This document shows, piece after piece, positions 15,101 to 27,139 of a stretch of 64,000 nt of DNA (the first letter of the stretch is position 1; every line of letters starts with the position of its first letter). The DNA is from Antedon mediterranea (lineage: Eukaryota; Animalia; Echinodermata). The position numbers were made by a program, and so were the translations under genes. The stretch covers positions 2,790,001-2,854,000 of the forward strand of contig NC_092674.1 in the NCBI RefSeq assembly GCF_964355755.1. The letters are read 5' to 3'. A model generated the notes under the pieces. The model searched no databases and was not told the DNA's origin. It was given only the letters and a program-made list of their open reading frames with translations.

Positions 15101-18100
15101 AGAAACTGATTTATCATTGTGTTGTTCTTCTAGTTTGTCTTTTTCAGTAAGAGATATCTGTAATTTTTTCTCTAGTACATGATTTTCCTCCTGGGTTTCC
15201 ACTAACTGTTTCTGTAAACTTTCCACCTCATTCTTAAATTCATCCGTTTGCGATTTTAGTTCCTTAATTTCTTCCTCAGTAGCAAAACCTTTTTGCATGC
15301 CATCCATATGAGCGTGCTTAATTATTTTTAACTGCTCAACAAGACGTTGCACTTGATCCTGACTCTTAGAAAGACTCCCAGTTAATTCTTCTTTTTCTTT
15401 TTGCAATGCATCCACAAGAGAAACCTTTTCATGCAATTTAGTATAGTTAGTATTCATACATTTTAACTCATCAACAAGTTTATCATATCCCACCTGTTTA
15501 TCTTCTGCATTCTTTACTTCTGTAGTTCTTCTGTCCAGTTCACTTTGTAGTTTTTCACAAATTTCTCTTTGACTTTGTAACTCAGTTGTCTTACTTTTAA
15601 GGTCATTTCTTAGCGTGGTGATTTCATTTTCAATTTTACTATCAGTAGTATCGTTGGATGCACAAACTTTTGTCAATTCTTTTTCTTCCAACATAATCTT
15701 TGACAGATTATCCTCAGCCTTTGTTATACTATTTAACGATTCTGTAAATGTCTTACTAACATCTAACAATCTGTTTTCTTTTTCTTGTAAATCTCTTTCC
15801 AATTGGTCAATATTTTGTCTTAATGCTGCAATCTCTTTATTCATTTCAGATTCTTTTTTCTTTTGTTCTTCTTTGAAATTTTCTAATTCTTGTTTTGATT
15901 CTGCCTTTTCTGACATCATGACATCAATCTGGCATTTCAATTTACTGTGTTCTTGAGATAATGTGTCATTATTTTGCTGCATGATGTCTAGTTGGTTTGC
16001 AAGTTCTTGTTTTTCATTGTCCATTGCTTCCAATTTTAGCTTCAGATCGGCGTCTTCACTACTTGTGGCATATTTTTCTGATCTTAACAAATCACAAACA
16101 TTTTGCAGTTCTTCACATTTTGTAACAAGCCTTTGGTTATCTTCCTTCGAAGATGTGAGTGAGCTTTCCAATCTATCTACTTTTTCTTCACAGTCAAGCC
16201 TTAATTTTTCTTCCTTTTTCCAATTTTCTTCAAATTCTGATAATTTTGAAGTAATCTTATCGACCCTATTTGAGAGATCCGTCTTTAACTTCAAAGTGTC
16301 TTCTAACTCTCTGTCCCGTTGATTTACTAAATTCTGCACTCTATCTCGTTCTTCCTTTATTGATTCTGCGCTTCCTTTGAGTTGTTGAACCTCTACAGAC
16401 ATGTCTACCAGCCTTTGTTCTAACTGCTTTTGTTCATCAACATTACTCTTAAGAGAATCTTGAAGAGTATTGCTCTCTTCCGTCACATCTTTTAACTGAA
16501 CATTAAGTCTTTCTAGTTCTTGCAACCCTGCTTTTAATCTCTGTGTAGCTGAATCAACTTCTGATTGAAGGTCAACTTTCTCTGTCTTTAATCCAGATAT
16601 GATGGTTTTTAGTTCTTCTGTGTTTGTAAATTCTGATGACTTCTGATGCTTTAATTCTTTCAAAGACAGCAAAGTTTGATCTCTTGCTTCTGTTAAAACC
16701 TTCACTTGCTCTTCGAGGTCCTAAAAAAAAACATTAAAAGAATTATTAAAACAACATAACTTGATTCATTTTAAATGAAATTATAAAAATATTATTCAAA
16801 AATTATGGCTTTTCATTTTCAACAGTTGTTCTCAAAATGTTTCTTGGTCATAGTATTATTGTTTGAAGGTTTGCATGGCGAAAACTCAAGTCTTTTTTTC
16901 TGCTACATACCGCAAACTGTATATTAACAATCAAAATATTCTAATCTACTATTCATTGATTTAGATAGTTTCTCAGGTTTCTGTAAAAGTACAATTTCCT
17001 TAAATTTTGTCTAGAATGATTTGAAAACAGCTTTTTAATCTTATTTTTACCTTGTTCTGCTTTGATGTCACTTGGTACTCATCCTGAAGACACTGGAATG
17101 TTGACGTCATCGTTTCTTGCTTCATTTCCATACATTCAAGCTTCTCAGACAATTCCTAGGTTTAAAAAAAAATTTACAAATCACAGAAACGGATCTGGCT
17201 AATTCCTTGATTTTCTCTCATTTAAAATAATCAATAATAATCAATAATAAATAAATAATAACAATAAATAATCTCTTGAACCTCCTGAACAATTTTAGGC
17301 CCATTCGTTAAATTTTAATTTTTTTAAATTGATGATATGCTATAATGAACTTCCTTCTGAGTATGCCAGTAAAATAAATTAGCAATGAATATATATATAT
17401 AATATAATATATTAAAACCTATAGTATCTGTATGATTAAAAAGTAAATTTCTAAAGCTCTGTTTACACTGTAAAACATTTTGTGACAAAAAAATGTGATG
17501 TGTCCAAATATGGAAGTGATATACACACATATGGTAGTAGACATTGTTTGATAGTGTAAACAGAGCTTTATACTGTACCTTAGTTTTCTTTAGTAGTGCA
17601 TTAGATTTGTCTTTTTCTTCTTTCAGATTCACTTCCACCTTGGATTTCTCTGCCACTGCTATATTTAAGGAATCCTCCATTGCCTATGAAGTGAACAATT
17701 TTAAATACTGTAGTGACTGAATGACAAATTAAGATATCACTCATTACTGACTGATGATAAGATACACATGTTGTCATTACATCAGTGCTGTTTACAGGCA
17801 TAGAGAAACTCTAAACCACCTGTAGATATTTAAATGAGGAGTTGCGGACACTTATATGTTATGGCGCATTGTTGCTGTCACAATCCATTGACCGATTGTG
17901 TCAAATAAATAAATGAAATGAATGAAAAAAAGCCGCCCACCCGAAATTTTAATTGGAATATTATGGATATGCGGACATTCAGGATCATCTAATTTGAGGC
18001 CTAGGCAGTGGAGTAGGAACAGATGTGAGTTACAATCCAGCTATGTAGCACTAGTATAATTGAACCTAGGCACTAGGTCAAGATTGAACCATGGACCTTG

Positions 18101-18979
18101 GCATTGGAAGGCAAGTACGCTAACCACCAAGCTACAGCTCCACATCTACTGTAGATGTTGCAATCATCATGTGGTTATTACCTGTTGCTTGTCTACAGCC
18201 TCTGCCTGCTGCTGCTGTACAGCATTGTAAACAACAACAAGCTCTGAGTGTGTTGTCTGCAACTCTTTCAACTCTGCTTGGAGTCCTGCCAAGGTCTCAT
18301 CTTCTGCACCTGTTCCCTTGTTCTTCTTTTCCAAATCTTCAACCTTCTTTGTTAATTCTAAAGGTTATAAATTTCATAATGTTATTTTATAAAATATTTG
18401 TTTTTAGCTTTCACACCAGTCTCATATTCCGCTTATATTCCCACTTTCCTGGACTTTCTGCATTCTCACTCGTAGGAATAATCAAGCACATTGATCGTAA
18501 TGTCGAGAAACTTAAAAGTTCTTTTCACTAATAATAAGTGGTGTATTAGAGAGCCAATAAATAAATAGCAGCAGATGCATTACATTAACACATTTTGACA
18601 AACATTACCTGAGCATTTAGCCTTCACTTTCTGCAACATCATTGCCTGCTTTTTAGCAAACTTTATCAGGTCTTCCTTTGAAAGAGTTTCAAGCTAAAAA
18701 ATAAATAATTGGTTTTAAAACCTTATAATGAATAAAGGTTTAAAGAGAAGAATATAACCTCTGCATAATAGAAGTTTTTACTAGTTGTTTTAAAGGGTGG
18801 ATTATTGGTTGAGTTCCCTTTTACCATAACTTTTTTTATGACATATTTGTACATATCCTTAGTTCTATGGAATAAATTGATTTTGATTGATTGATTTGAA
18901 TTTCGATAATAGACATGTTCACCTTGCCAGGTTTGCCAGGTGACGCTTTGGCAACCTCCTCTTCTCCTTTGCCTTCCAT
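594..18979 (-). CDS. GCC2: GRIP and coiled-coil domain-containing protein 2 (GCC185 golgin), 3'-partial; 22 coding exons, about 1812 aa in window
   Basis: Exons (minus strand; GT..AG, phases consistent): 18923-18979, 18609-18693, 18182-18357, 17579-17683, 17051-17155, 13943-16720, 13182-13251, 12989-13089, 12466-12606, 11947-12051, 11479-11670, 11237-11329, 10622-10784, 10108-10208, 9843-9968, 9340-9471, 9062-9195, 8721-8843, 8292-8394, 7521-7724, 6838-7035, 594-737. Motifs LETLSKEDLIKFAKKQ, MDLEIADYER, KLKTILVKTKKDLAE, YKARVHTVLKQQK and EIRRLERNQQRENAISNMEYLKNIIIK (start of GRIP) match GCC2 as I recall it. The single very large coiled-coil exon also fits. The last exon(s) lie before position 1. 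Confidence 0.93.
1180..1362 (-). mobile_element. tRNA-derived SINE (tRNA-Gly-like head) with an internal 24-bp tandem expansion
   Basis: The minus strand reads TAGCTCGGTGG (A box), GCCTTCCAA (TCC anticodon-like) and GGTTCAATCC (B box). A related copy lies at about 18005-18142. Confidence 0.6.
2930..3790. mobile_element. Non-autonomous DNA transposon (MITE) with terminal inverted repeats
   Basis: AATAGAGAGAAATGGCGAACCG at 2930 is the reverse complement of CGGTTCGCCATTTCTCTCTATT ending at 3790. There is a further subterminal match CCGAGTGGGTATA / TATACCCACTCGG. Confidence 0.7.
4232..5007. repeat. 148-bp tandem repeat, about 5 near-identical copies
   Basis: TTTAACAAGTAAGGTTTTGCATC recurs at 4288, 4436, 4584, 4732 and 4880. 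Confidence 0.92.
5175..6345. repeat. (GAT)n-derived microsatellite and 21-bp GATAAGATTATGATGATAAT-type repeat tract
   Basis: Directly visible; pure (GAT)n run at about 6110-6156. Confidence 0.9.
7165..7376 (-). mobile_element. Deu/Nin-core-like SINE, partial
   Basis: Reverse-complement match to the element at 26254-26562 (ACACCGGGGTAACCCCTACTC, GTTCTTTAAAGTGCAC, GTCCTTATCC). Confidence 0.75.
9508..9745. mobile_element. Short MITE family (TIR AGCTCTGTCTACACTATCAAACT) with internal 21-bp ATCACTACCATATTTGGGCAT tandem repeats
   Basis: Related copies at about 10250-10392, 10885-11005, 17455-17570, 23615-23770, 26580-26715, 32140-32187 and 35228-35340. Ends look PIF/Harbinger-like (inference). 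Confidence 0.7.
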
Positions 18980-21227
18980 ATTGATACTCTACAGTAGAAG
19001 AAGCAATGAAAAATAATTTACAAAATAATTTACAAAATAATAGTGGACATATTAGGTATATTCGACTGGTCTTTATTGAGATATATATACTCCTTGCTAG
19101 TTTCTGTACTATATTCTCTTTTGCGATCAGTTTGAGGAGCTCTACGCCTATTAAACAATACTCTCTTGTAAAGAAATTTTAAAAAGTTAAAATATTATCT
19201 TAAACATTCAATAATATATTATCAGCAATGTTAATTTTAAAAACTGCTAGAATTATGAACGGAAACCAAGTATACTATTGAGAAGATCATGAATATTCAC
19301 CACAATAAATTTGACATTAATGATTTTTGACAATCTACTTTTTTTAATGCACTGGATATTAGTTAATAGTACCACAACATGTAAATGATAAGCTGCAGTA
19401 ATGATGATTAATGATTGTTCTATTTATCATAATTAAATTGTATATTCTATGCCTAGTGGTGGGGAACACAACTCACAGCCATTCCAAATAAATTTAAAAA
19501 GAACCAATTATTGTTAAAATTAAAAATGTACAATTTATTGTAAATAAAAGAAAGTTTTAGTAGCCCCAGGCCAGCATGGTCTTATAGCTGGTAGCCTTCA
19601 TATTACGGTTGTTACGCCATTGCCAAAACAGAGATAGAGCAGAGTAAAAGACCCTAGGCATTCATAGTGGTCCAATTGACAATTCGTAAAGACTTGAATT
19701 GAGTATCTGTGTTGATCGGCGAATCTTACTAGGCTAGGTAGGGCCTATACTTTACGGGCTAACTAAACTAAGGCCTAGCTTGCTAGGCGGATTACTGTCG
19801 AATTATTACAACTTTCTATGGGCCAAAATAGCATTATACAAATATTCAACCATTTAAATTATTCACTATTTGCTAAATATGTATTTACCAGATGTCAATC
19901 CATATAAAAACAAACGTTATAAATAACGCAAATCAAAGCACAAGCACCGATTATGTGGCAATTTCAAGCTGCAAAAATCGGGGAAAGAAAAATAATAATA
20001 AAGGGGGCGCTATACATCTTAAATATTCAGAGAGTCAATTGTCGTATTCGAGTTCTGTATGCCTGAGTAGTTTTTCCGTTGAGTAGTTTTTCCGTTGAGC
20101 AGATACTTCTTTAACCAGGGAAGAGTTAAACTCTTCCCTGCTTTAACGGAGAATTTTGAGCGTTGAGATTGTTCTTAACGAAAAAGCTTTCGTTGTCAAC
20201 ATTTTTTATTCGAATGACTTTCTGTTGAGCACAAATTTACAATTCGAATACAAAAAGTACTCAAAACGAATCTTTACAACGAAAGTTCTCAATCGAATTC
20301 GACAATTGATTGACGTGATTAAATTGAAAAATACAATCAATTTCAAAACAATACAGACAGACTTTTCGGAAAGTTAAAAAAATTAATATAGTATATTATA
20401 GCAACATTGAATATAGAAAAAAAAACATCATTGTATAATATGCCTGAAGGTGTAGGCTATATATAGATACTCCCATTCACAACATGTCAGAAATATATAG
20501 GCCTATAATCCGTACGAGGGAACACAAATTAGCGCGTGTTCCTCTTTCACGCATTGTTTTATACCGGACTTTTATCAGCAAAAGGGAGATTCCCTTCAAT
20601 ACGGCGTATTATAGTGCTGGTGGCCTTTTGAATCTTAATTAAACAGTAGGGTTTTGTAATAACAGTAATATGTGAAAGAGAATAGGCCTAGAAAAGAAAA
20701 TTCTACCCACGCATTTTGACAAAGCTGCTAATTGATTTACCACCAGTTTTTCAGCTAGAGCTACTACTAGAATAACTGTTATTAAGCCTACTGCAGATTC
20801 TGAATTAATTAAGCATGATAATGAAATTATTTTTATACTCATAACTTTCGAATTGATTGAACAGAGTTTAGACAGCCCCCGCAATTTTTGTATGATCATG
20901 AAAATGTTCTAGACCGTTATGAAACTTAATCATGTATTCCCGTCTTTTGTCACCAGCAACACGAATGTTTGTGGAGAGCAAATTCTTTCACTATAAAGGG
21001 GGAAGTCCCCTTAAAGTTTGGACGTGAGGAAATATTGAAGTTGTGCAATGTATTGATCCATCCATGAAGAAATGCTTCTTCTGCAACATTAAACGATCAG
21101 TATATAGATCTGTATGGTGTTTACTCATTTTGATGAAGTTAAGCCTGGTTCTCAGAGGACGCAAAGCAAGGGGCTTAAACGCAACGCCAGAAACGAGTTG
21201 ACCAATGACAAGCGAATAATCCATCGC

Positions 21228-21620
21228 AAAGCTTGGTTCCCACTAGAACGTAACGCAAGGACGTAAACGCAACGCAAGCGTTTTAACCAATCACAAGCGA
21301 AGTTATAGACAGTTAGCAATCACAAGCGAATAGCCATCGCTTGTGATTTGTCAATTCACTTGCGTTGCGTTACGTCCTTGTGTTGCGTCGAGTGGGAAAC
21401 CAAGCTTTAAGAGCGTGGTTCCCACTAGAACGCAACGTATAACGACGTATTGACGCAAAGTAATTGCGTAATCACAAGTGGGAACCGACGACGCAACAAT
21501 GCTGCAAAAATCACAGGTTTGATTTCACGCAGGCGGGGGAAAACACAATTATTGGAAGGGCATTTGCTAACGTTGCGTAGATTGTGTTATTGCGTTGCTA
21601 GAGTGGGAACCACGCTTTTA
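21228..21620. mobile_element. Two adjacent MITEs of the AGCTTGGTTCCCACTAG..CGCAACG family
   Basis: Inverted ends AAGCTTGGTTCCCACTAG / GAGTGGGAAACCAAGCTT and AGCGTGGTTCCCACT / AGTGGGAACCACGCT. Relatives at about 12632, 25890-26025, 59455-59510, 61345-61547 and 63915-64000. Confidence 0.7.
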
Positions 21621-21623
21621 GAC

Positions 21624-22965
21624 TAGTCCAGATAGTCATATTTCCACTCTAATAAGATGCTGTAGGCATTTCGTGTTAAAAGCGAATAAACATGTGTTTT
21701 AGGGTAATTTTGGGGTGCTGAATTCAAATTTGCTGTTTACCCAGCTCAATTTTTAGATCTTCACCTTTAAAATGTGAAAAACAAAATGGCCGCCATTTCA
21801 GACTTATTTTGGCTTATAACTTGACTTTTAAGTGACGTAGCAAGTTAAAAGAAGATTCCAACTATATTGTTATTAAAGTTGCAAATATTCTATTTCAGCC
21901 GTACTTGCAAAGAAACAAGGATATGAATTATGAATGAATTCGAAACATCCATCTTTTGTTCAGTCCAAAATTAACAAGACATCTGATTAATAATAATTAA
22001 TAGTAATTCACTTACAGTAGGTGGTCTATAAGTAAAACCAACCGTTAAGGAGATAATATACAGGGCTTCAAAATGGTAAATGGTGGCCATTTTTAATTTA
22101 TGCTAATGAACCCACTTCACGATGTCCGATTTTGGTAAACTTTGGATATGATGTTAATTTGGACCATATCAACCAGACAAAACAAAAACAAATTATGTTG
22201 CAATTTGTTCTAGGTTCAACCATACTTTTACTGGACTATAGGTAGAAACCATTTTTAACTTGCTATGTTAATTAAAAGTCAAGTTATAAGCCAAAATACG
22301 TTTAAAATGATGGCGGCCATCTTGGATTTCAACATGGCGGCTGAAATAGAATATTTACAACTTTAATAACAATATATTTGGAATCCTCAGTATCACAAAC
22401 ATAGGTACTGTATAGACATCATTTCTAACCTACTATGTTACTTATTATGTTAAGTTATAAGCCAAAATACGTTTTAAATGGCGACCATCTTGACTTCCAA
22501 TATGGAGGCTGAAATAGAATATTTACAACTTTAATAACAATATATTTGGAATCCTCAGTATCACAAACATAGGTATAGAAACTATTTTTAACTTGCTATG
22601 TTAATTAAAAGTCAAGTTATAAGCCAAAATACGTTTAAAATGGCGGCCATCTTGGATTTCAACATGGCGGCTGAAATAGAATATTTTCAACTTTAATAAC
22701 AATATAGTTGGAATCTTCACTATCACAAACATAGGTATAGACACCATTTTTAACTTGCTACGTCACTTAAAAGTCAAGTTATAAGCCAAAATAAGTCTGA
22801 AATGGCGGCCATTTTGTTTTTCACATTTTAAGGGTGAAGATCTAAAAATTGAGCCGGGTAAACAGCAAATTTGAATTCAGCACCCCAAAATTACCCTAAA
22901 ACACATGCTTATTCCCTTTTAACACGAAATGCCTACAGCATTTCATTTTTGTCAAATCTGGACTA
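21624..22965. mobile_element. Non-autonomous DNA transposon, Academ-like (TAG...CTA termini)
   Basis: Ends TAGTCCAGAT / ATCTGGACTA. About 195-bp near-perfect subterminal inverted repeats (21657-21850 versus 22746-22941). Internal tandem units carry AAAATGGCGGCCAT. No clear TSD; the superfamily is inferred from the termini. Confidence 0.7.
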
Positions 22966-24834
22966 GTAGTCTATTTACTCTTAACTCATTCGCTCCAAAA
23001 GGTGCCCCTAAATAGGAGTTAACTTTAGATACTAAAGTTCCTATTACATTATATTTAGCAGACAGCACCAATTATACTAGATTGTAGGCCTACTACAGAA
23101 AAAAACAACATAAGCGGAAACAAATGGTGAAAATCAATGGTTCTGTTAAAAGGTGCTAAGTAGGCCTAGCTTTTTTATATGACACTGTTCTCTACATTTT
23201 GTATGATATTTTTTACTATTGCCATGTTTTAACCTTATGTAATTTTGTATTTGTTGCTTTTCTATTTTTACCCCTTGGTGTCGTGCTGTTATAACGGTAT
23301 TTTACCCATTTTATCAAATTGTTTAAATGTTTTTATATACGTGACAAGCAAGATAATTTTCGAGCCAGAGTGCTTGACGAATAAAATAATTGAATTGAAT
23401 ATTTTTATGGTGGAAGTTTATCTGTTGACGTACAGTATACCTTCGGACGTTGTCTTTTCAAGGATAGGAAGGGCAACAGGTAATATCTGCGTCATACGAA
23501 ACAGTAAAGTTGATAGCATTCGGAAGCTAATGGATTTCCTTTTTATGTCAACAAACTCTATCTCTAAAACACGTTTTCAAAATATTACAGGCATATAATA
23601 TACACAAACATTTAAGCCTTGTTTACACTATCAAATTGTTTGCGACAACAATTGTGATATGCACTTATGGACATGATGATGTCATACCACTACCATATTT
23701 AAACATATCACTACCATATTTAAACATATCACTACCATTTAAACATATCACTACCATATTTGGGCACAACACACGAGTATCAGTTTCGTGCTAGCTTCTC
23801 ATTGTTTCAGTAATTCCAAGTAATTTATTTAATTTGTAAATTTTAATAACACGTTCTAATAATATGTAAATGTGAAACCTTAATATCTACAGCAGTGCAT
23901 TGACCCGCCGCCAAGTACATTAATTATGTTATTTATCACATTATTAATGGCATATTGATAAGTTATATGTTTATTCATTAATTTTGTTTTCCAGGAAAAC
24001 TGTTATTGTATATGATATAATGACCATAATAATTATACTCGGGTGTAAAATTCCGATCGTCAATTGGGATTTTAAAAATAAGAGCACCAGGAAGAGGGGC
24101 ACATCTCCCCGGCTACCAGTCAGAGGCGGTTCCGGGAGAGCTAGGGCGTGACCCTTCCCCATCCACACTCTTAACAGCTAAAATGAAATTATAAACTAAT
24201 TTTTAAAGCCTATTGTATTAATCCTCATATTGCTCATTTTGTTTAATTCTGTATATTTTGTATAATGTATTTAACTACTCAGTTTGCAATTCAGTTTATA
24301 CTGCTATGAATTGTTTTATGTATATACTTTTTGATGAATAAAAGATGAGTATGAGTTTTTCCCAATCAATTGTGTATTTTTTCATATAGGAATCATACCG
24401 CATATGGTAGGTTAAGTTTCATCAATGTTGATAGAAACACTGGCCCAATATTTGTACATAACATTGTTTTAAATTTGTATTTTGTATGTAGACGACCCAA
24501 GGGAGGGAAGAACAACTATGTGTGGATCTGGGTCCTCGTGTTTAAATAAAACCTTGAATTGGGGTAACCCGACGTACATAAGCATTAAGCACACGTGTAA
24601 TAAACAACTCAATCTTCGGTACTGTATCTGTAGCATATAGAACCGTGGCGTATCTATTAGCTATATGAAGTAGTGGACGAGGAGATGAACACATTAAAAC
24701 AATCATGAATCATTGTTAATTATGTGCTGTCTTCATAATGTATTCTCCTGGCTTGCTGAATACCTCAACTTAAAAGCACTCGGTCTTAATATTCTGTTAC
24801 TTGTTTATAAAATTAATCAAAAAATCAACCCACA

Positions 24835-25420
24835 AACCAGCCGATCAATCAATTAACCAATCAATCAATATATTAACCAATCAATCAATTAACCAATATA
24901 TTGCTCAATACATTAACCAATCTATCAATTACTAAATCAATCAATTAAACAATTGATCGAATATATTGTCCTGAATAAAAATAGGTTTCCCCAAAATTAA
25001 TTTAAATATGAGATAGCATCACCACGAACAAATTAAGAACCATTCAACTGCTAACAAAAATAATAACTTTATTTTCAATAGTACCATTGAAGTATATTGA
25101 TCAAAACATCTACATGTTGTACCGCAAATTTTATATCAACATAAAAAAAATTCATTTATAAAAACTATACTGAGACATTCATTCATTACAATTCTGTGGC
25201 TGCAGCTACAGTTATACTGCAGCTATACAGTTATACAGTTATACTGCAGCTATACATTTATACTACAGTTATACTGCAGCTATATAGTTATACTGCAGCT
25301 ATACATTTATACTACAGTTATACTGCAGCTATATAGTTATACTACAGTTATACTGCAGCTATACATGCTACTTACAGATATATGTAGCTATACAGTCATA
25401 CTACAGTTATACTGTAATAC
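24835..25420. repeat. Degenerate (AATC)n tract (24835-24960) and ATACTGCAGCTATACAGTT minisatellite (25195-25420)
   Basis: Directly visible tandem units downstream of the IL1R-like gene. Confidence 0.8.
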
Positions 25421-26253
25421 AAGCAACCTATTCAAATACTGTATAATTTATACATCTGCTATTAATTATATTTTTGTTCCTCTTTTCATTTCAGTACAAA
25501 TATTTGTTTAATTTATAACCATATTGCATTATTACCAACATGTAAAATATATTTATGTACGAATCAAAACAAAATATATACATATAAAACTTCTGAATAT
25601 GGCATTAAATCTGCATAAACAGTGAAGACTATTAATAGAAAATTAACAAAATATTGCAAAGGACTATGCATTCAAATGGCTCTAAAACTGAAACTGGAAT
25701 AATGTGTCATCATTGATACTACAGTACTACTTGGAAAAACGTTTAAAAAAAACCTTTAAAAAAAACCTTATTTACATTAAAATCTGTTTATAACCGTATA
25801 GGTACTTTATGGAAGTTTAGAACAATTGATCACAAATTGATAGATACTCTTTATACTTCTTTTTCTTTTGAAATGAAACAAAATGTTTGGTTTCAACTAG
25901 AGACGCAACACATTGATTTGACCAATCACAGGCGATAGATTATTCAAACTGTTGCTTGTGATTATTCGAATCACTTGAATTGCGTCTACTTGCTTCTGTT
26001 GCGTCTCTAACGAGAACCACGCGTAAACAAGAATTACAGTTTATCTACTTAAACTGTGTTACTACTTAGTCACTGTAAATAGTTTTGTTTGTATCGTAGG
26101 TGGATTTTTAATCCATTTCCTTTTCTATTTATTCTTCCTTCTTCCTATTAGTTTACTGCATTCAATATTGCAAATTATACAGTACTACAGAGATATGATT
26201 ATATGATATGACAGATACAACTACCACTAAAACCTCGTCTATAGCAAAGAGTG

Positions 26254-26562
26254 AGTGAGTGGCCGAGCGGTTAAGACAGTGGAACCGTAATCACGTAGCC
26301 ATAACATCGGCAGGGGTTTGAGGCTCACTCACTCCATGGTTCTGGTGGTAGAACGAGTCTTCTCGGATAAGGACTATAAACCGTAGGTCCAGTGTACACA
26401 ACTTGCTCGTGTGCACTTTAAAGAACCTAGTACATCTTTCGAGATGAGTAGGGGGTTACCCCGGTGTAGTAGTACATCACAGCCACTGATCACCAACTGG
26501 GCCCTCTGGGAGATCAGTCTTTGACTGAAGAGGTCACCCAGTATAAAGATAAAAAAAACAAA
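26254..26562 (+). mobile_element. Full-length tRNA-headed SINE with Deu/Nin-like core
   Basis: A box TGGCCGAGCGG, B-box-like GGTTTGAGGC, core CGGATAAGGACTATAAACCGTAGGTCC..TAAAGAACC..GAGTAGGGGGTTACCCCGGTG, A-rich tail, flanked by the direct repeat CAAAGAGTG. Confidence 0.85.
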
Positions 26563-26994
26563 CAAAGAGTGTTACAACTCCCTGTCTATACTATCAAACT
26601 TTATAATGACAAAAAAATGTGATGTGCCCATGTATGAGCATGATTGTGTTATATCACTACCATATTTGGGCATGTCACTACCAAATTAGGGCAAACTAGT
26701 TTGATAGTGTACAGATTATTACATGACCTATTGTTACTAATAAAGATGTCAAGAGAGTAATTGTTAAAAACAAACAACACTTAACGGCTAAAAGGTAATT
26801 AGTTTTAAACAATAAAGAATTATAATACAATAGGTAGGAGTTAATCATGTTTTCCTATGTCGAAATCCTACCTCAGTACAGGATTCTCTCATGGTATTTA
26901 ACTATGACACTACACAACTTTCATATGACAGAGCACGAGTTAAGTTCTAATAGTGTAGTCCGCTAATACCACTGTATGTTGTTATCATGGGAGG

Positions 26995-27139
26995 TTATAT
27001 CACCCCGATAAGGAATTATATCACCCCGATAGAGAATTATATCACCCTGATGGGGAGTTATCACCCCGATAGGTAATTATATAACCCCGATAGGGAATTA
27101 TATCACCCCAATAGGGAATTATATCACCCCAATAGGGAA
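26995..27139. repeat. 21-bp minisatellite (TTATATCACCCCRATAGGGAA x7) overlapping the stop codon of the IL1R-like gene
   Basis: Units start at 26995, 27016, 27037, 27058, 27077, 27098 and 27119. The last unit encodes FPIGVI* on the minus strand. Confidence 0.9.

Noticed and set aside
14078-16322. Plus-strand ORFs overlapping the large GCC2 exon (and similar ones over both SAMD9-like genes)
   Set aside because: Antisense shadows of long coding exons, with Ser/Phe/Leu-biased composition and no motifs.
26254-26340. tRNA gene candidates (also about 1300-1360, 31335-31410, 43190-43280)
   Set aside because: A and B boxes are present but there is no complete cloverleaf, and each continues into a SINE body and tail.
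26374-26565. Near-identical 63-aa ORFs at 26374-26565 and 31096-31287 suggesting a small gene family
   Set aside because: Both are antisense readings of the same SINE family.
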